From Chitinophagaceae bacterium (lineage in GTDB: Bacteria; Bacteroidota; Bacteroidia; Chitinophagales; Chitinophagaceae): 64,000 nt of DNA. This document shows, piece after piece, positions 19,486 through 28,134 of this stretch. The stretch spans positions 15,361 to 79,360 of the forward strand of contig JAYWII010000121.1 in NCBI GenBank assembly GCA_043788995.1, in the 5' to 3' direction. The position numbers and the translations under genes were made by a program. How positions within the stretch are numbered: the stretch's first letter is position 1; the number at the start of each line of letters is the position of its first letter. The notes below the pieces were generated by a model, which saw only the letters and a program-made list of their open reading frames with translations, did not search any database and had not been told where the DNA came from.

Positions 19486-22400
19486 TTAAAATCCAAGATT
19501 AATACCAAGTGTGAATACTCTTGCCTTTGGATAACCGGTATAATCAAATCCACGTGAAGGGTAACCATTAATATTCTTATCAACATTCACTTCCGGATCT
19601 AATCCTGAATAGTTGGTGAAAAGAGCTAAGTTTTGTCCAGAGATAAATGCAGAGAAGGTTTTTACAAAACCACTCTTCACCGGGAATGCATAACTAACAT
19701 TTGCATTAGATATTCTCAGGAAATCTCCTTTTTCCAAAAAACGACTGGAAACACTGCCTGGATTGATTCCGTTTTCCGGGCTGTTGGCCGTTCTGTAATC
19801 AATATTATGAGCTGTAAGAATTGACCCTTTTAACAACAAGGCATTGGCTGTATTGTTGTACACATAAAAGCCAGTGGAACCATTAATAAATATACTGGCA
19901 CTTAACCTGCCAATAGTGAAATTATTAGTTAAACCTGCAAGGAAAGTAGGCAATGCACTTCCTAAAAGCTGGTCATTACTACCGTCTGCATATCTTGCAT
20001 ATCCATTTCCATTAAAGCCAAGGAATACGGGCATTTTCCATGTAAACAATGAGTAACCATCTGTAATTGTCTGAGCATAAGCACCACTCAACCCTTGTCC
20101 ACTAACTCCACCTGTATTTACAATTTGATTCAAGTCCCTAACCTCATTATGTTGGAACGTCATATTGTAGTTAATATCCCAGCTAAAGTTTTTCGTTTTG
20201 ATCAATTTATAATTCAAACTAAATTCCCATCCTGTGTTTAACACAAATCCTGGCAAATTGCTAAAATAATTTGGGCCGGCTCCAAATCCACCTGGAGTTG
20301 GGCCAAAGAAAAGCAGGTTTTTTCTTTCTGTATGATAATAATCAACAGTACCGGAAAGCCTGTTATTTAACAAAGTAAAGTCGAGACCAACCCCTGTAGT
20401 GGTTGCCTCTTCCCATTTTAAATTTTTATTTCCCTGATGAACAAACGATGTTCTCGATTGCTCTCCTGGATTAGCATAAGTTTGATTCAGATCAATAGCG
20501 TCATAAGAACCAATCCCGTCCTGGCTACCCAATTTACCCCAGTTGCCTCTGATACTGAAATCACTAAATACTTTTCCTATTGTGCTGGCAGCAAACCCCT
20601 CTTTAGCCAATCTCCATTTAGCTGCAAAAGCCGGGAAGGTGCCATACTTATTATCCTTACCAAATTTAGAAGAACCATCCACCCTAACGGTGGCTGTTAA
20701 CAGATATTTATCTGCAATGGTATAGTTTACACGACCAAAATAAGACTGTAATTCAGATTGATCATTACCAGGTACAAAATCAAAATAGTTTTTAAACTGC
20801 CCATAATCTTTTCCAAAAACATCGGTAGGTGCTACTACTGGTGTATTAAGCCCCCAACCAACTGCACCTTTGTAATCGTATTCCGTTTTTTGCCATGAAT
20901 AACCTGCCACAGCGTCTAACACGCTGTTTCCAAAGGAAGTAGCGTAAGCGAGTGTATGTTCAACAAGTATTGATTTCAAATCAACATTTTGTTTTACACC
21001 TCTTCCATTTCCTGTAATACCATTCTTTAAATCTTTGAACCATACAGTATTAGTTCCACTAAAAGCACTGCCTAAACGGGGATCTGCAAAAGACAATCTT
21101 TCGCTGGTAGATTTATCATAACCCAATGTAGCTTTATATGTAAGTCCCTTAACAATCTCAAAAGATCCACTGATGCTTGTTAATAAACGGTTGACATTGT
21201 CCTTATCATCAAAATATGCTATCATTTGGGCGGGGTTCCTGTTATTTCCATCTTCAAAATAAGAACCATCAGGATTGAAAACCGGGTTAGTTGGGTTGAA
21301 AGAAATGGCAGCTCCTACCAAGCTACCCTGGTAACCTGCATTATTAGTTAACGGAGGATAAGAGTTTTTTACATTTGAGTAAGTAAAGTTTCCATCAATT
21401 TTTAACCTGTCGTTAATGAATTTTTGAGTAAAATTCAAACGTCCAGTCAATCTCTTCAAACTGCTGTTTTTAACAATACCCTGCTGGTCATCATAGGAAC
21501 CACTAACTCGTACTGCAGTACTCTTGCGGCTGATTCCCCAACCCAGATTATAATTTTGACCAACACCTGTTCTGAATATCTGGTCCTGCCAGTCTGTATT
21601 CGCACCCCTGTCCACAGTAGCTTGTGCAGCAGCGGCAGCTTCAGGACTGTTGCCCACACCAATACTGGTTTCTTTTACAGAATTCAAAAAATCCTGGGTA
21701 TTTAACAGGTCATAGCGGCTGGCAACTTTTGACATATTGGTGGCAGCACTGAAAGTGAAACTTCCCCTGGCACTTTTACCTGTTTTAGTAGTGATCAGGA
21801 TTACACCATTTGCACCACGTGAACCGTAGATAGCTGCAGAAGATGCATCTTTTAAAATACTGATACTTTCAATATCATTTGGATTTATAAATGTTAGTGG
21901 ATTCTTGGGTGTAGAGCTACCCTCCACACCGCTTGCTGTAGCTGAAGTACCGCCACCACTGATAGGAACACCATCCACTACATATAGTGGCTCCTGGTTA
22001 CCCCTGATAGATGCACTACCTCTAATGGTTATTGTAGCAGCAGCACCTGGCTCACCGCTGGATGGCGTAACACTTACACCTGGCGTACGTCCCTGGATCA
22101 ACTGTTCGGGAGTAGATATCTGGCCCTTGTTAAAGTCCTTTGTAGATAAAGCAGCCACAGAACCTGTAGCATCTTTTATCTTCTTGGTGCCATAACCTAC
22201 CACCACTACTTCATTTAAGTTACCTACGCTGGTTTCCATTTCGGTGTTAACCGAAGATCTTCCGCTTAAGGTAATTTCTTGAGTAGTAAAGCCAGCTCCA
22301 GTAAACCTTAGTACTGCATCGGTAGCAACATTGTTTAGGGTGTATATCCCTTCGTTGTTGGTAGAAGTGGCATTTTTAGTGCCTTTTACTGTAACAGTAA

Positions 22401-22527
22401 CTCCGGGGACAACCTCCCCTTTTTTGTCTGTTACCTTTCCGGTAACTGTCTGGGCCTGCATACAGAAAGCAAATCCCAGAAAAGCCAGCAATAGCATGGC
22501 CCTCTTTCTCATGTTAGCAAGAATCAT
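19486..22527 (-). CDS. susC: SusC/RagA family TonB-dependent transporter
   Basis: EVVVVGYG, LKDASSAAIYGSRGANGVILITTK, C-terminal GINLGF. Confidence 0.95.
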   Translation of the reverse strand: MILANMRKRAMLLLAFLGFAFCMQAQTVTGKVTDKKGEVVPGVTVTVKGTKNATSTNNEGIYTLNNVATDAVLRFTGAGFTTQEITLSGRSSVNTEMETSVGNLNEVVVVGYGTKKIKDATGSVAALSTKDFNKGQISTPEQLIQGRTPGVSVTPSSGEPGAAATITIRGSASIRGNQEPLYVVDGVPISGGGTSATASGVEGSSTPKNPLTFINPNDIESISILKDASSAAIYGSRGANGVILITTKTGKSARGSFTFSAATNMSKVASRYDLLNTQDFLNSVKETSIGVGNSPEAAAAAQATVDRGANTDWQDQIFRTGVGQNYNLGWGISRKSTAVRVSGSYDDQQGIVKNSSLKRLTGRLNFTQKFINDRLKIDGNFTYSNVKNSYPPLTNNAGYQGSLVGAAISFNPTNPVFNPDGSYFEDGNNRNPAQMIAYFDDKDNVNRLLTSISGSFEIVKGLTYKATLGYDKSTSERLSFADPRLGSAFSGTNTVWFKDLKNGITGNGRGVKQNVDLKSILVEHTLAYATSFGNSVLDAVAGYSWQKTEYDYKGAVGWGLNTPVVAPTDVFGKDYGQFKNYFDFVPGNDQSELQSYFGRVNYTIADKYLLTATVRVDGSSKFGKDNKYGTFPAFAAKWRLAKEGFAASTIGKVFSDFSIRGNWGKLGSQDGIGSYDAIDLNQTYANPGEQSRTSFVHQGNKNLKWEEATTTGVGLDFTLLNNRLSGTVDYYHTERKNLLFFGPTPGGFGAGPNYFSNLPGFVLNTGWEFSLNYKLIKTKNFSWDINYNMTFQHNEVRDLNQIVNTGGVSGQGLSGAYAQTITDGYSLFTWKMPVFLGFNGNGYARYADGSNDQLLGSALPTFLAGLTNNFTIGRLSASIFINGSTGFYVYNNTANALLLKGSILTAHNIDYRTANSPENGINPGSVSSRFLEKGDFLRISNANVSYAFPVKSGFVKTFSAFISGQNLALFTNYSGLDPEVNVDKNINGYPSRGFDYTGYPKARVFTLGINLGF

Positions 22528-22620
22528 AGTAGTTTTAGTTTATGTTTGGTAATGAAAGAAAACTCAATTTTTGTCAATCGTTTATTATGGCTGTAGTAGT
22601 TGCAATCGTCTAAATCAGCT

Positions 22621-22637
22621 TAATTTTGCGAAAATTA
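22621..22637. promoter_or_regulatory. Near-palindromic overlapping -7 promoter boxes for divergent susC and lacI
   Basis: TAATTTTGCGAAAATTA reads TAATTTTG on + (perfect TAnnTTTG) and TAATTTTC on -. Confidence 0.55.
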
Positions 22638-22682
22638 GTTAACATTTCTTTATAAAAAAAATTCGTTTACAAGATATTTTTC

Positions 22683-22719
22683 CGCAATCGTTTGCGAAAT
22701 TGTTTGCGAAATTGTTTGC
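22683..22719. promoter_or_regulatory. LacI-family operator cluster
   Basis: CGCAATCGTTTGCG (GCAAnCGnTTGC type) followed by 2.5 tandem copies of GTTTGCGAAATT; half-sites at 22575-22583 and 22602-22611. Confidence 0.7.
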
Positions 22720-22753
22720 TGTGTATATTTTACACTTAAATATTATAAAACCC

Positions 22754-23731
22754 ATGAATAATACCACTTTAAAAAAAATATCAGAAGCCCTCGGGTTAAG
22801 TATTTCAACCGTATCCAGGGCGCTTAAAAACCATCCGGATATTTCTGAAAAAACCAAGCAACGGGTTACAGAATTAGCCAATGCGCTGGATTATGAACCT
22901 AACACCAACGCCATTCAACTCCGGACCAACAAGCGCAACATTTTTGGATTGATTGTTCCAACCATCTCTAATTTTTTCAATGATTCGTTTATTGCCTCGG
23001 TGGAAGAAGAAAGCCGCAAAAATAATTATTCACTGATCATACTGCAATCCGGCGATGACCCAGCCATTGAATTGGAGAACTTAAAGCTATGCAGGCAAAA
23101 CAGGATAAGTGGTTTATTTATCAGTCTCACATCGCAAACCGGCAATATGGATCCTTTCAATAAATTACAGGACCAGGACATACCAATCGTTTTTTTTGAC
23201 AGGGTTCCGGAGGAGAGCAATTGTAATAAAGTATGTGTTGCTGATACCGCCTCCGCAACTATAGCTGCTAATACGATATTGGAAAAGAAAAAGAAAAAAG
23301 TACTGGCTTTATATGGAAACAGTCATTTGTCTATTACTAAAAAACGAAAGGATGCCTTTACAAAAGCAACTGACAAAAAAATAAAGGTGCTTAGCCACCA
23401 TGCCAATAATAGTTTGGAAGCAGAAGAAATAACCACTAAAATGCTAAAGGGAAAACCAGATACTGTTTTTTGCATGAGTGATGAACTATTAACCGGGGCC
23501 ATGAAAGCCATTCAAAAAGCAAACCTGAAAATACCAGATGATATTGCGGTAATAACGATCAGTAATGGATATATTCCAAAATTGTATTACCCGGAAATCA
23601 CTTATGTGGAAACCAGCGGTTTTAAATTAGGGAAACTTGCTTTTTCCAGTATGATGGCATGCATAGCCGGAAGTACATTTATACAGGAGCTTACCATAGA
23701 ATCATTACTAGTGCAGGGTGGCTCTATATAA
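22754..23731 (+). CDS. LacI family transcriptional regulator
   Basis: TLKKISEALGLSISTVSRAL HTH plus periplasmic-binding-like domain; ATG at 22754 preferred to TTG at 22700. Confidence 0.93.
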   Translation: MNNTTLKKISEALGLSISTVSRALKNHPDISEKTKQRVTELANALDYEPNTNAIQLRTNKRNIFGLIVPTISNFFNDSFIASVEEESRKNNYSLIILQSGDDPAIELENLKLCRQNRISGLFISLTSQTGNMDPFNKLQDQDIPIVFFDRVPEESNCNKVCVADTASATIAANTILEKKKKKVLALYGNSHLSITKKRKDAFTKATDKKIKVLSHHANNSLEAEEITTKMLKGKPDTVFCMSDELLTGAMKAIQKANLKIPDDIAVITISNGYIPKLYYPEITYVETSGFKLGKLAFSSMMACIAGSTFIQELTIESLLVQGGSI

Positions 23732-23896
23732 ATTATTTCATTCAGTGGTGTTCCCTCTTAGCCCTTGTTCCTAATCGTATTTTTATGATAAATTATCATA
23801 CCGGCGGATAAAAGCTTTTTTTATATGCCAGAAGCTTTCTGTATGTTAAGTTATTATTACCATTTCCTGATACCCATGATTGCCGGGATATAAAAT

Positions 23897-23904
23897 TACT
23901 TTTG
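23897..23904 (+). promoter_or_regulatory. -7 promoter box for DUF47-pit
   Basis: TACTTTTG, 25 nt before the ATG. Confidence 0.65.
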
Positions 23905-23929
23905 CGGAAATTTTAAAATTACAATTTTT

Positions 23930-24577
23930 ATGGGCTTCAATTCTATCTTAAAGATCTTTTTACCAAAAGACAGGATATTCTTTCAACTGTTCGAAAACGT
24001 TGCACAGGAACTGGTAAAAATGGGTGAGAAACTAAAAGAAGTGGTGAACGAACCTGACTTTGATAAAAGGGCCAGCCTGATACAGGAGATAGAAGATATG
24101 GAACATGTGAATGATGAACTGACTCACAATATTTTTACAGAGCTGGGTAAAAACTTTATCACACCTTTTGACAGGGAAGACATTCACTACCTCGCTTCTG
24201 CACTGGATGATATTGCTGATTATATTTATGCCTCCGCAAAAAAAATAAATTTTTACAGGGTTAACCCAAATGATATAGGAATTGTAAAAATGGCTGATCT
24301 GATTGCCGTTGGCTGTGTGCAGGTACACAAGGCCGTTACGGAGCTGCGTAACATGAAAAACATGCGTAACATCACAGATGCACTGGTAGCAATCAACAGT
24401 GTAGAAAACCAGGCGGATGATATTTTTGATATGAGTATTGAGCGGTTGTTTGCAACTGAACCTGATGCCAAAGAAGTGATAAAGAAAAGAGAGATCTACC
24501 AGGTAATGGAAATCGTTACAGATAAATGTGAAGACGCAGCCAATGTAATTGAATCTATCATTGTTAAATACGCCTAA
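23930..24577 (+). CDS. DUF47 (PhoU-like) phosphate transport regulator
   Basis: ITPFDREDI and DKCEDAAN motifs; upstream of pit. Confidence 0.92.
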   Translation: MGFNSILKIFLPKDRIFFQLFENVAQELVKMGEKLKEVVNEPDFDKRASLIQEIEDMEHVNDELTHNIFTELGKNFITPFDREDIHYLASALDDIADYIYASAKKINFYRVNPNDIGIVKMADLIAVGCVQVHKAVTELRNMKNMRNITDALVAINSVENQADDIFDMSIERLFATEPDAKEVIKKREIYQVMEIVTDKCEDAANVIESIIVKYA

Positions 24578-24649
24578 CCCCCATCCCCTAAAGGGGTGTT
24601 ATATACATTATTTTAAAACCTTACTGATTCCCCTTTAGGGGATAGGGGT
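24577..24649. repeat. REP-like inverted doublet
   Basis: ACCCCCATCCCCTAAAGGGG at 24577-24596 and an inverted 19/20 copy at 24630-24649, 33-nt spacer. Confidence 0.85.
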
Positions 24650-24660
24650 AAATTTCTTTT

Positions 24661-26076
24661 ATGACACTGCTTGTAGTTATTATCGTTTTAGCCCTGATTT
24701 TTGATTACATCAACGGCTTTCATGATGCAGCCAACTCAATAGCCACCATTGTTTCTACCAAAGTGCTCACGCCTTTCCAGGCTGTTATCTGGGCAGCTTT
24801 TTTCAACTTTGTTGCTTACTTTATTTTTAAAGATCATGCAGTTGCCAACACTATTGGTAAAACGGTTTTGGCTGAATACATTACCTTGCCTGTAATATTA
24901 AGTGGCTTAATTGCAGCTATATTTTGGAACCTGCTAACCTGGTGGTATGGTATTCCTTCTTCTTCCTCACACACGCTGATCGGTGGCTTTGCAGGTGCTG
25001 CTATTTGCCATGCCTTTATTACTAAAGGAGTAACACCGCTGGGAAGCATCATAGAAATTAAAAAAATTACAGAGATCATTCTCTTTATATTTCTTGCTCC
25101 TATTATAGGCATGTGTATCTCAATATTTATTACAGTTGTTACTATTATGCATAACACCTGGGCCAAGATTGGAGTAATACTGCTGGCTGGTGTATTTACC
25201 TGGTTCTTATTTGAAAATTTTGAACAGAATAAGTTAAAGGAAAATGTAAGCAAATACTATAAAATTGACAAACTTAAAAAAGATGCTGGCGCTGATGAAG
25301 CAAAAACTATTGCTTATGAGGCAGCCGTTGCTAAAACAAAATTGATAAAACCCTTGCTGGTTCAATATAAATCAATAGGTGCTGATGGCGTGGCAGAAAA
25401 AATTAAAAGCGAAGTTGATGCATCGGTTGATACCAAGGCCCTGTCAAAAGCAATGGCCAAGGCTGATAATTCAATTATTGTTTACTCCATTTTTGGAATG
25501 ATGCTAATTTTCATTGGTGCATATATTTATACTGAGCAGGTGCGGTCTCCCAATGCTTACCGGATGGCTAAGATGTTTAAAAAACTACAGCTGCTTTCTT
25601 CGGCAGCATTCAGCATTGGCCATGGTGGAAATGATGCTCAAAAAGTAATGGGTATTATTGGTGCCGCATTTGTTACGTTCAATGCCGCACAATATCCTGA
25701 TGTAGGAACCGCATTAAAAGAATTAACCTGGGTGCCGCTGGCCTGTTATACCGCCATTGGTTTAGGTACGATGAGTGGTGGCTGGAAAATTGTAAAAACA
25801 ATGGGAACCAAGATCACCAAGGTTACACCGTTGGAAGGCGTTGCAGCAGAAACATCTGGCGCCTTTACTTTATTTATGACAGAGCAGATGGGTATCCCTG
25901 TAAGTACCACTCATACTATCACCGGTGCAATAATAGGTGTGGGAGCCACTAAAAGGTTGAGTGCAGTACGCTGGGGGGTTACCGTAAATTTATTGTGGGC
26001 ATGGATACTTACCATTCCGGTTAGTGCCATATTAGCTGGTCTTGTTTATGTACTTGTTTCATTATTTATAAAATAA
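24661..26076 (+). CDS. pit: Inorganic phosphate transporter, PiT family, with a large internal insertion
   Basis: NGFHDAANSIAT and GHGGNDAQK signature motifs, PVSTTH. Confidence 0.93.
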   Translation: MTLLVVIIVLALIFDYINGFHDAANSIATIVSTKVLTPFQAVIWAAFFNFVAYFIFKDHAVANTIGKTVLAEYITLPVILSGLIAAIFWNLLTWWYGIPSSSSHTLIGGFAGAAICHAFITKGVTPLGSIIEIKKITEIILFIFLAPIIGMCISIFITVVTIMHNTWAKIGVILLAGVFTWFLFENFEQNKLKENVSKYYKIDKLKKDAGADEAKTIAYEAAVAKTKLIKPLLVQYKSIGADGVAEKIKSEVDASVDTKALSKAMAKADNSIIVYSIFGMMLIFIGAYIYTEQVRSPNAYRMAKMFKKLQLLSSAAFSIGHGGNDAQKVMGIIGAAFVTFNAAQYPDVGTALKELTWVPLACYTAIGLGTMSGGWKIVKTMGTKITKVTPLEGVAAETSGAFTLFMTEQMGIPVSTTHTITGAIIGVGATKRLSAVRWGVTVNLLWAWILTIPVSAILAGLVYVLVSLFIK

Positions 26077-26097
26077 TTATTATAGAACAACTCTTTT

Positions 26098-26130
26098 AAA
26101 GTCACCCTCAATTAAGGGTGACTTTTTTTA
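26098..26130 (+). terminator. Intrinsic terminator after pit
   Basis: AAAGTCACCCT/AGGGTGACTTT stem plus T-run. Confidence 0.85.
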
Positions 26131-26192
26131 TTCCTGCGATAAACAAACTGTAAATTTGTTCTCTATCATTCATTTCAATTAATTTAAAACTG

Positions 26193-27236
26193 ATGAAAAA
26201 AATTTTGGTTACAGGTGGTTGTGGTTATATAGGTGTACATACCATAGTTGATCTGATACAAAACGGCTATGATGTAATTTCTGTGGATAATAATTCAAGA
26301 AGCCGCAGCAATATTTTAGATAACGCAGCAACCATCACTGGAAAAAAAATTAAGAACTACGCAGTTGATCTGTGTGATCTGGAAAAGACCCGTAATATTT
26401 TTAAAGAACATACCGATATTCTCGGCATCATTCACTTTGCAGCTTACAAAGCGGTGGGAGAATCTGTTGAGAAGCCATTGATGTATTACGATAATAACCT
26501 GTCTTCTCTTACTAATATCTTAAAATGTACAGCCGAATTTAATGTACCCTATTTTGTCTTCTCGTCTTCCTGTACTGTTTATGGAAACCCTGATGCTATA
26601 CCAGTAACAGAAGCCACTCCGCAAAAGCCGGCAGAATCACCTTATGGAGCTACCAAACAAATGGGTGAAACAATTGTAACAGACGTTACAAAAAGTACCG
26701 GTATAAAAGCAATATTACTTCGTTACTTTAACCCGGTGGGGGCACATCCATCTATATTATTGGGTGAAATACCTTTAGGCCGTCCGGCAAATTTAGTACC
26801 CGCCATCACCCAAACAGCTATTGGTAAATTGCCAACCATGGAAGTATACGGCAATGATTACCCTACAAGAGATGGCAGTTGTGTAAGGGACTTCATTCAT
26901 GTAAGCGACATTGCACATGCACATACGCTGGCACTGGATTACCTGATCAATAAGAAAAGCAATAAAAAAACCGAGATCTTTAACCTGGGTACTGGTGATG
27001 GTTATACTGTACTGGAAGTGATCAAAGCATTTGAAAAAGTGAGTGGTGTAAAACTCAATTATACCATTGGGCCTCGCCGCCCGGGAGATGTGGTGGCCAT
27101 TTATGCCAATAACAACAAGGCCAAAACAGAACTTGAATGGGTAACCAAATATGGCATTGAGGAGATGATGGATACCGCCTGGAAATGGGAATTAAAGATC
27201 AAAAATGATCCTGCATTGTTTACCCCCATCCCCTAA
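26193..27236 (+). CDS. galE: UDP-glucose 4-epimerase
   Basis: GGCGYIG, YGATK, LRYFNPVGAH, DGSCVRDFIHV; -7 box TAAATTTG at 26151-26158. Confidence 0.95.
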   Translation: MKKILVTGGCGYIGVHTIVDLIQNGYDVISVDNNSRSRSNILDNAATITGKKIKNYAVDLCDLEKTRNIFKEHTDILGIIHFAAYKAVGESVEKPLMYYDNNLSSLTNILKCTAEFNVPYFVFSSSCTVYGNPDAIPVTEATPQKPAESPYGATKQMGETIVTDVTKSTGIKAILLRYFNPVGAHPSILLGEIPLGRPANLVPAITQTAIGKLPTMEVYGNDYPTRDGSCVRDFIHVSDIAHAHTLALDYLINKKSNKKTEIFNLGTGDGYTVLEVIKAFEKVSGVKLNYTIGPRRPGDVVAIYANNNKAKTELEWVTKYGIEEMMDTAWKWELKIKNDPALFTPIP

Positions 27237-27241
27237 AGGGG
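27222..27241 (+). repeat. REP-like element overlapping the galE 3' end
   Basis: Exact 20/20 copy of ACCCCCATCCCCTAAAGGGG; its TAA is the galE stop. Confidence 0.85.
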
Positions 27242-27242
27242 A

Positions 27243-27950
27243 GTTAGTGGTTATTATGTAAACCCTCCGTAAGTAGCATCATTCAGACATGACAAGATTA
27301 TTATTCTTAGTGCTTTTATTGGGACACATTTCCTTTGGACAGACAATAATAAGAGGTGTTACTACAATCTCTACAGACGGCATTTATGGAGACAGCGTAA
27401 ACAATTCTCCAAACCATGTTTTTAATGACAGAATAAAACTTGTTCAAATTGACAAATCTTCTGCAACGGTTGACATCAGACTTTATCGACTTCATTCATT
27501 GAGTAACACCAAAACACTCCGCAGACTTTTTTTGGTTGACACAACCTGGCGTGCAGTTGAATATGACGAATGGAACAAGCCAGTAAAAATTAAAAAGTAT
27601 AAGCTCAAAGCAAAACCCAATTTCGGCAGTTTGTTTTCTCAACTTCTATCTTATAACATTCTGACACTTCCAAATCAGTCAGACTTAAAAAGCAAAATGC
27701 GAAAAGTCGTTGGTGTAGATGAAGATGGATATGAAATAATTAAAGAGTTTCATGTTACCGATGGAGAGAGTTACACAATAGAAATTAGAATCGGAAGCAA
27801 TTTTAGAGTTTACCAGTTTAGCAATCCAGACAGCTACTCAAAAGTTTATGAAAACGTTTCTGAATTAAAGGACTATTTAAATATAGTTCAGTCTTTTGCC
27901 AAATTCTTAGCCCGAAAATAACAACCGCTAACACTGTTTGGCGTTATTTG
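27243..27950 (+). mobile_element. Integron gene-cassette-like unit with truncated attC-like site
   Basis: GTTAGTGGTT at 27243-27252 and AACCGCTAAC at 27923-27932 are 9/10 inverted cores that bracket one ORF; the stop codon abuts the downstream core; no right attC arm found. Confidence 0.55.
27289..27921 (+). CDS. Hypothetical secreted protein (cassette ORF)
   Basis: 210-aa ORF with signal peptide; codon style (GAC/ACA/CGA-rich) differs by eye from neighbours. Confidence 0.75.
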   Translation: MTRLLFLVLLLGHISFGQTIIRGVTTISTDGIYGDSVNNSPNHVFNDRIKLVQIDKSSATVDIRLYRLHSLSNTKTLRRLFLVDTTWRAVEYDEWNKPVKIKKYKLKAKPNFGSLFSQLLSYNILTLPNQSDLKSKMRKVVGVDEDGYEIIKEFHVTDGESYTIEIRIGSNFRVYQFSNPDSYSKVYENVSELKDYLNIVQSFAKFLARK

Positions 27951-28134
27951 AAGAGTATAAACCCATATCATGAGCTAAAGGGGATGCTAAGTTTTGAAAT
28001 GGGATTTTTTGAATAATCTTGTGTTACTTGCTTTGGATAAACAGTAAAAATTAAAATCCCCACCCCCCAATATTTCATCCTTTTTTATTTACCGGTTGTG
28101 CTTATCTTGTGCCCCTAAAAAATTATACTTTCTC

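Noticed and set aside
22639-22881. 80-aa antisense ORF and the TTG-22700 extension of LacI
   Set aside because: Both run over the operator repeats; the HTH begins right after ATG at 22754.
23784-23800. Fur box
   Set aside because: The arms resemble TGATAA but the spacing is two bases shorter than the 7-1-7 Fur consensus. Kept only as an unassigned palindrome.
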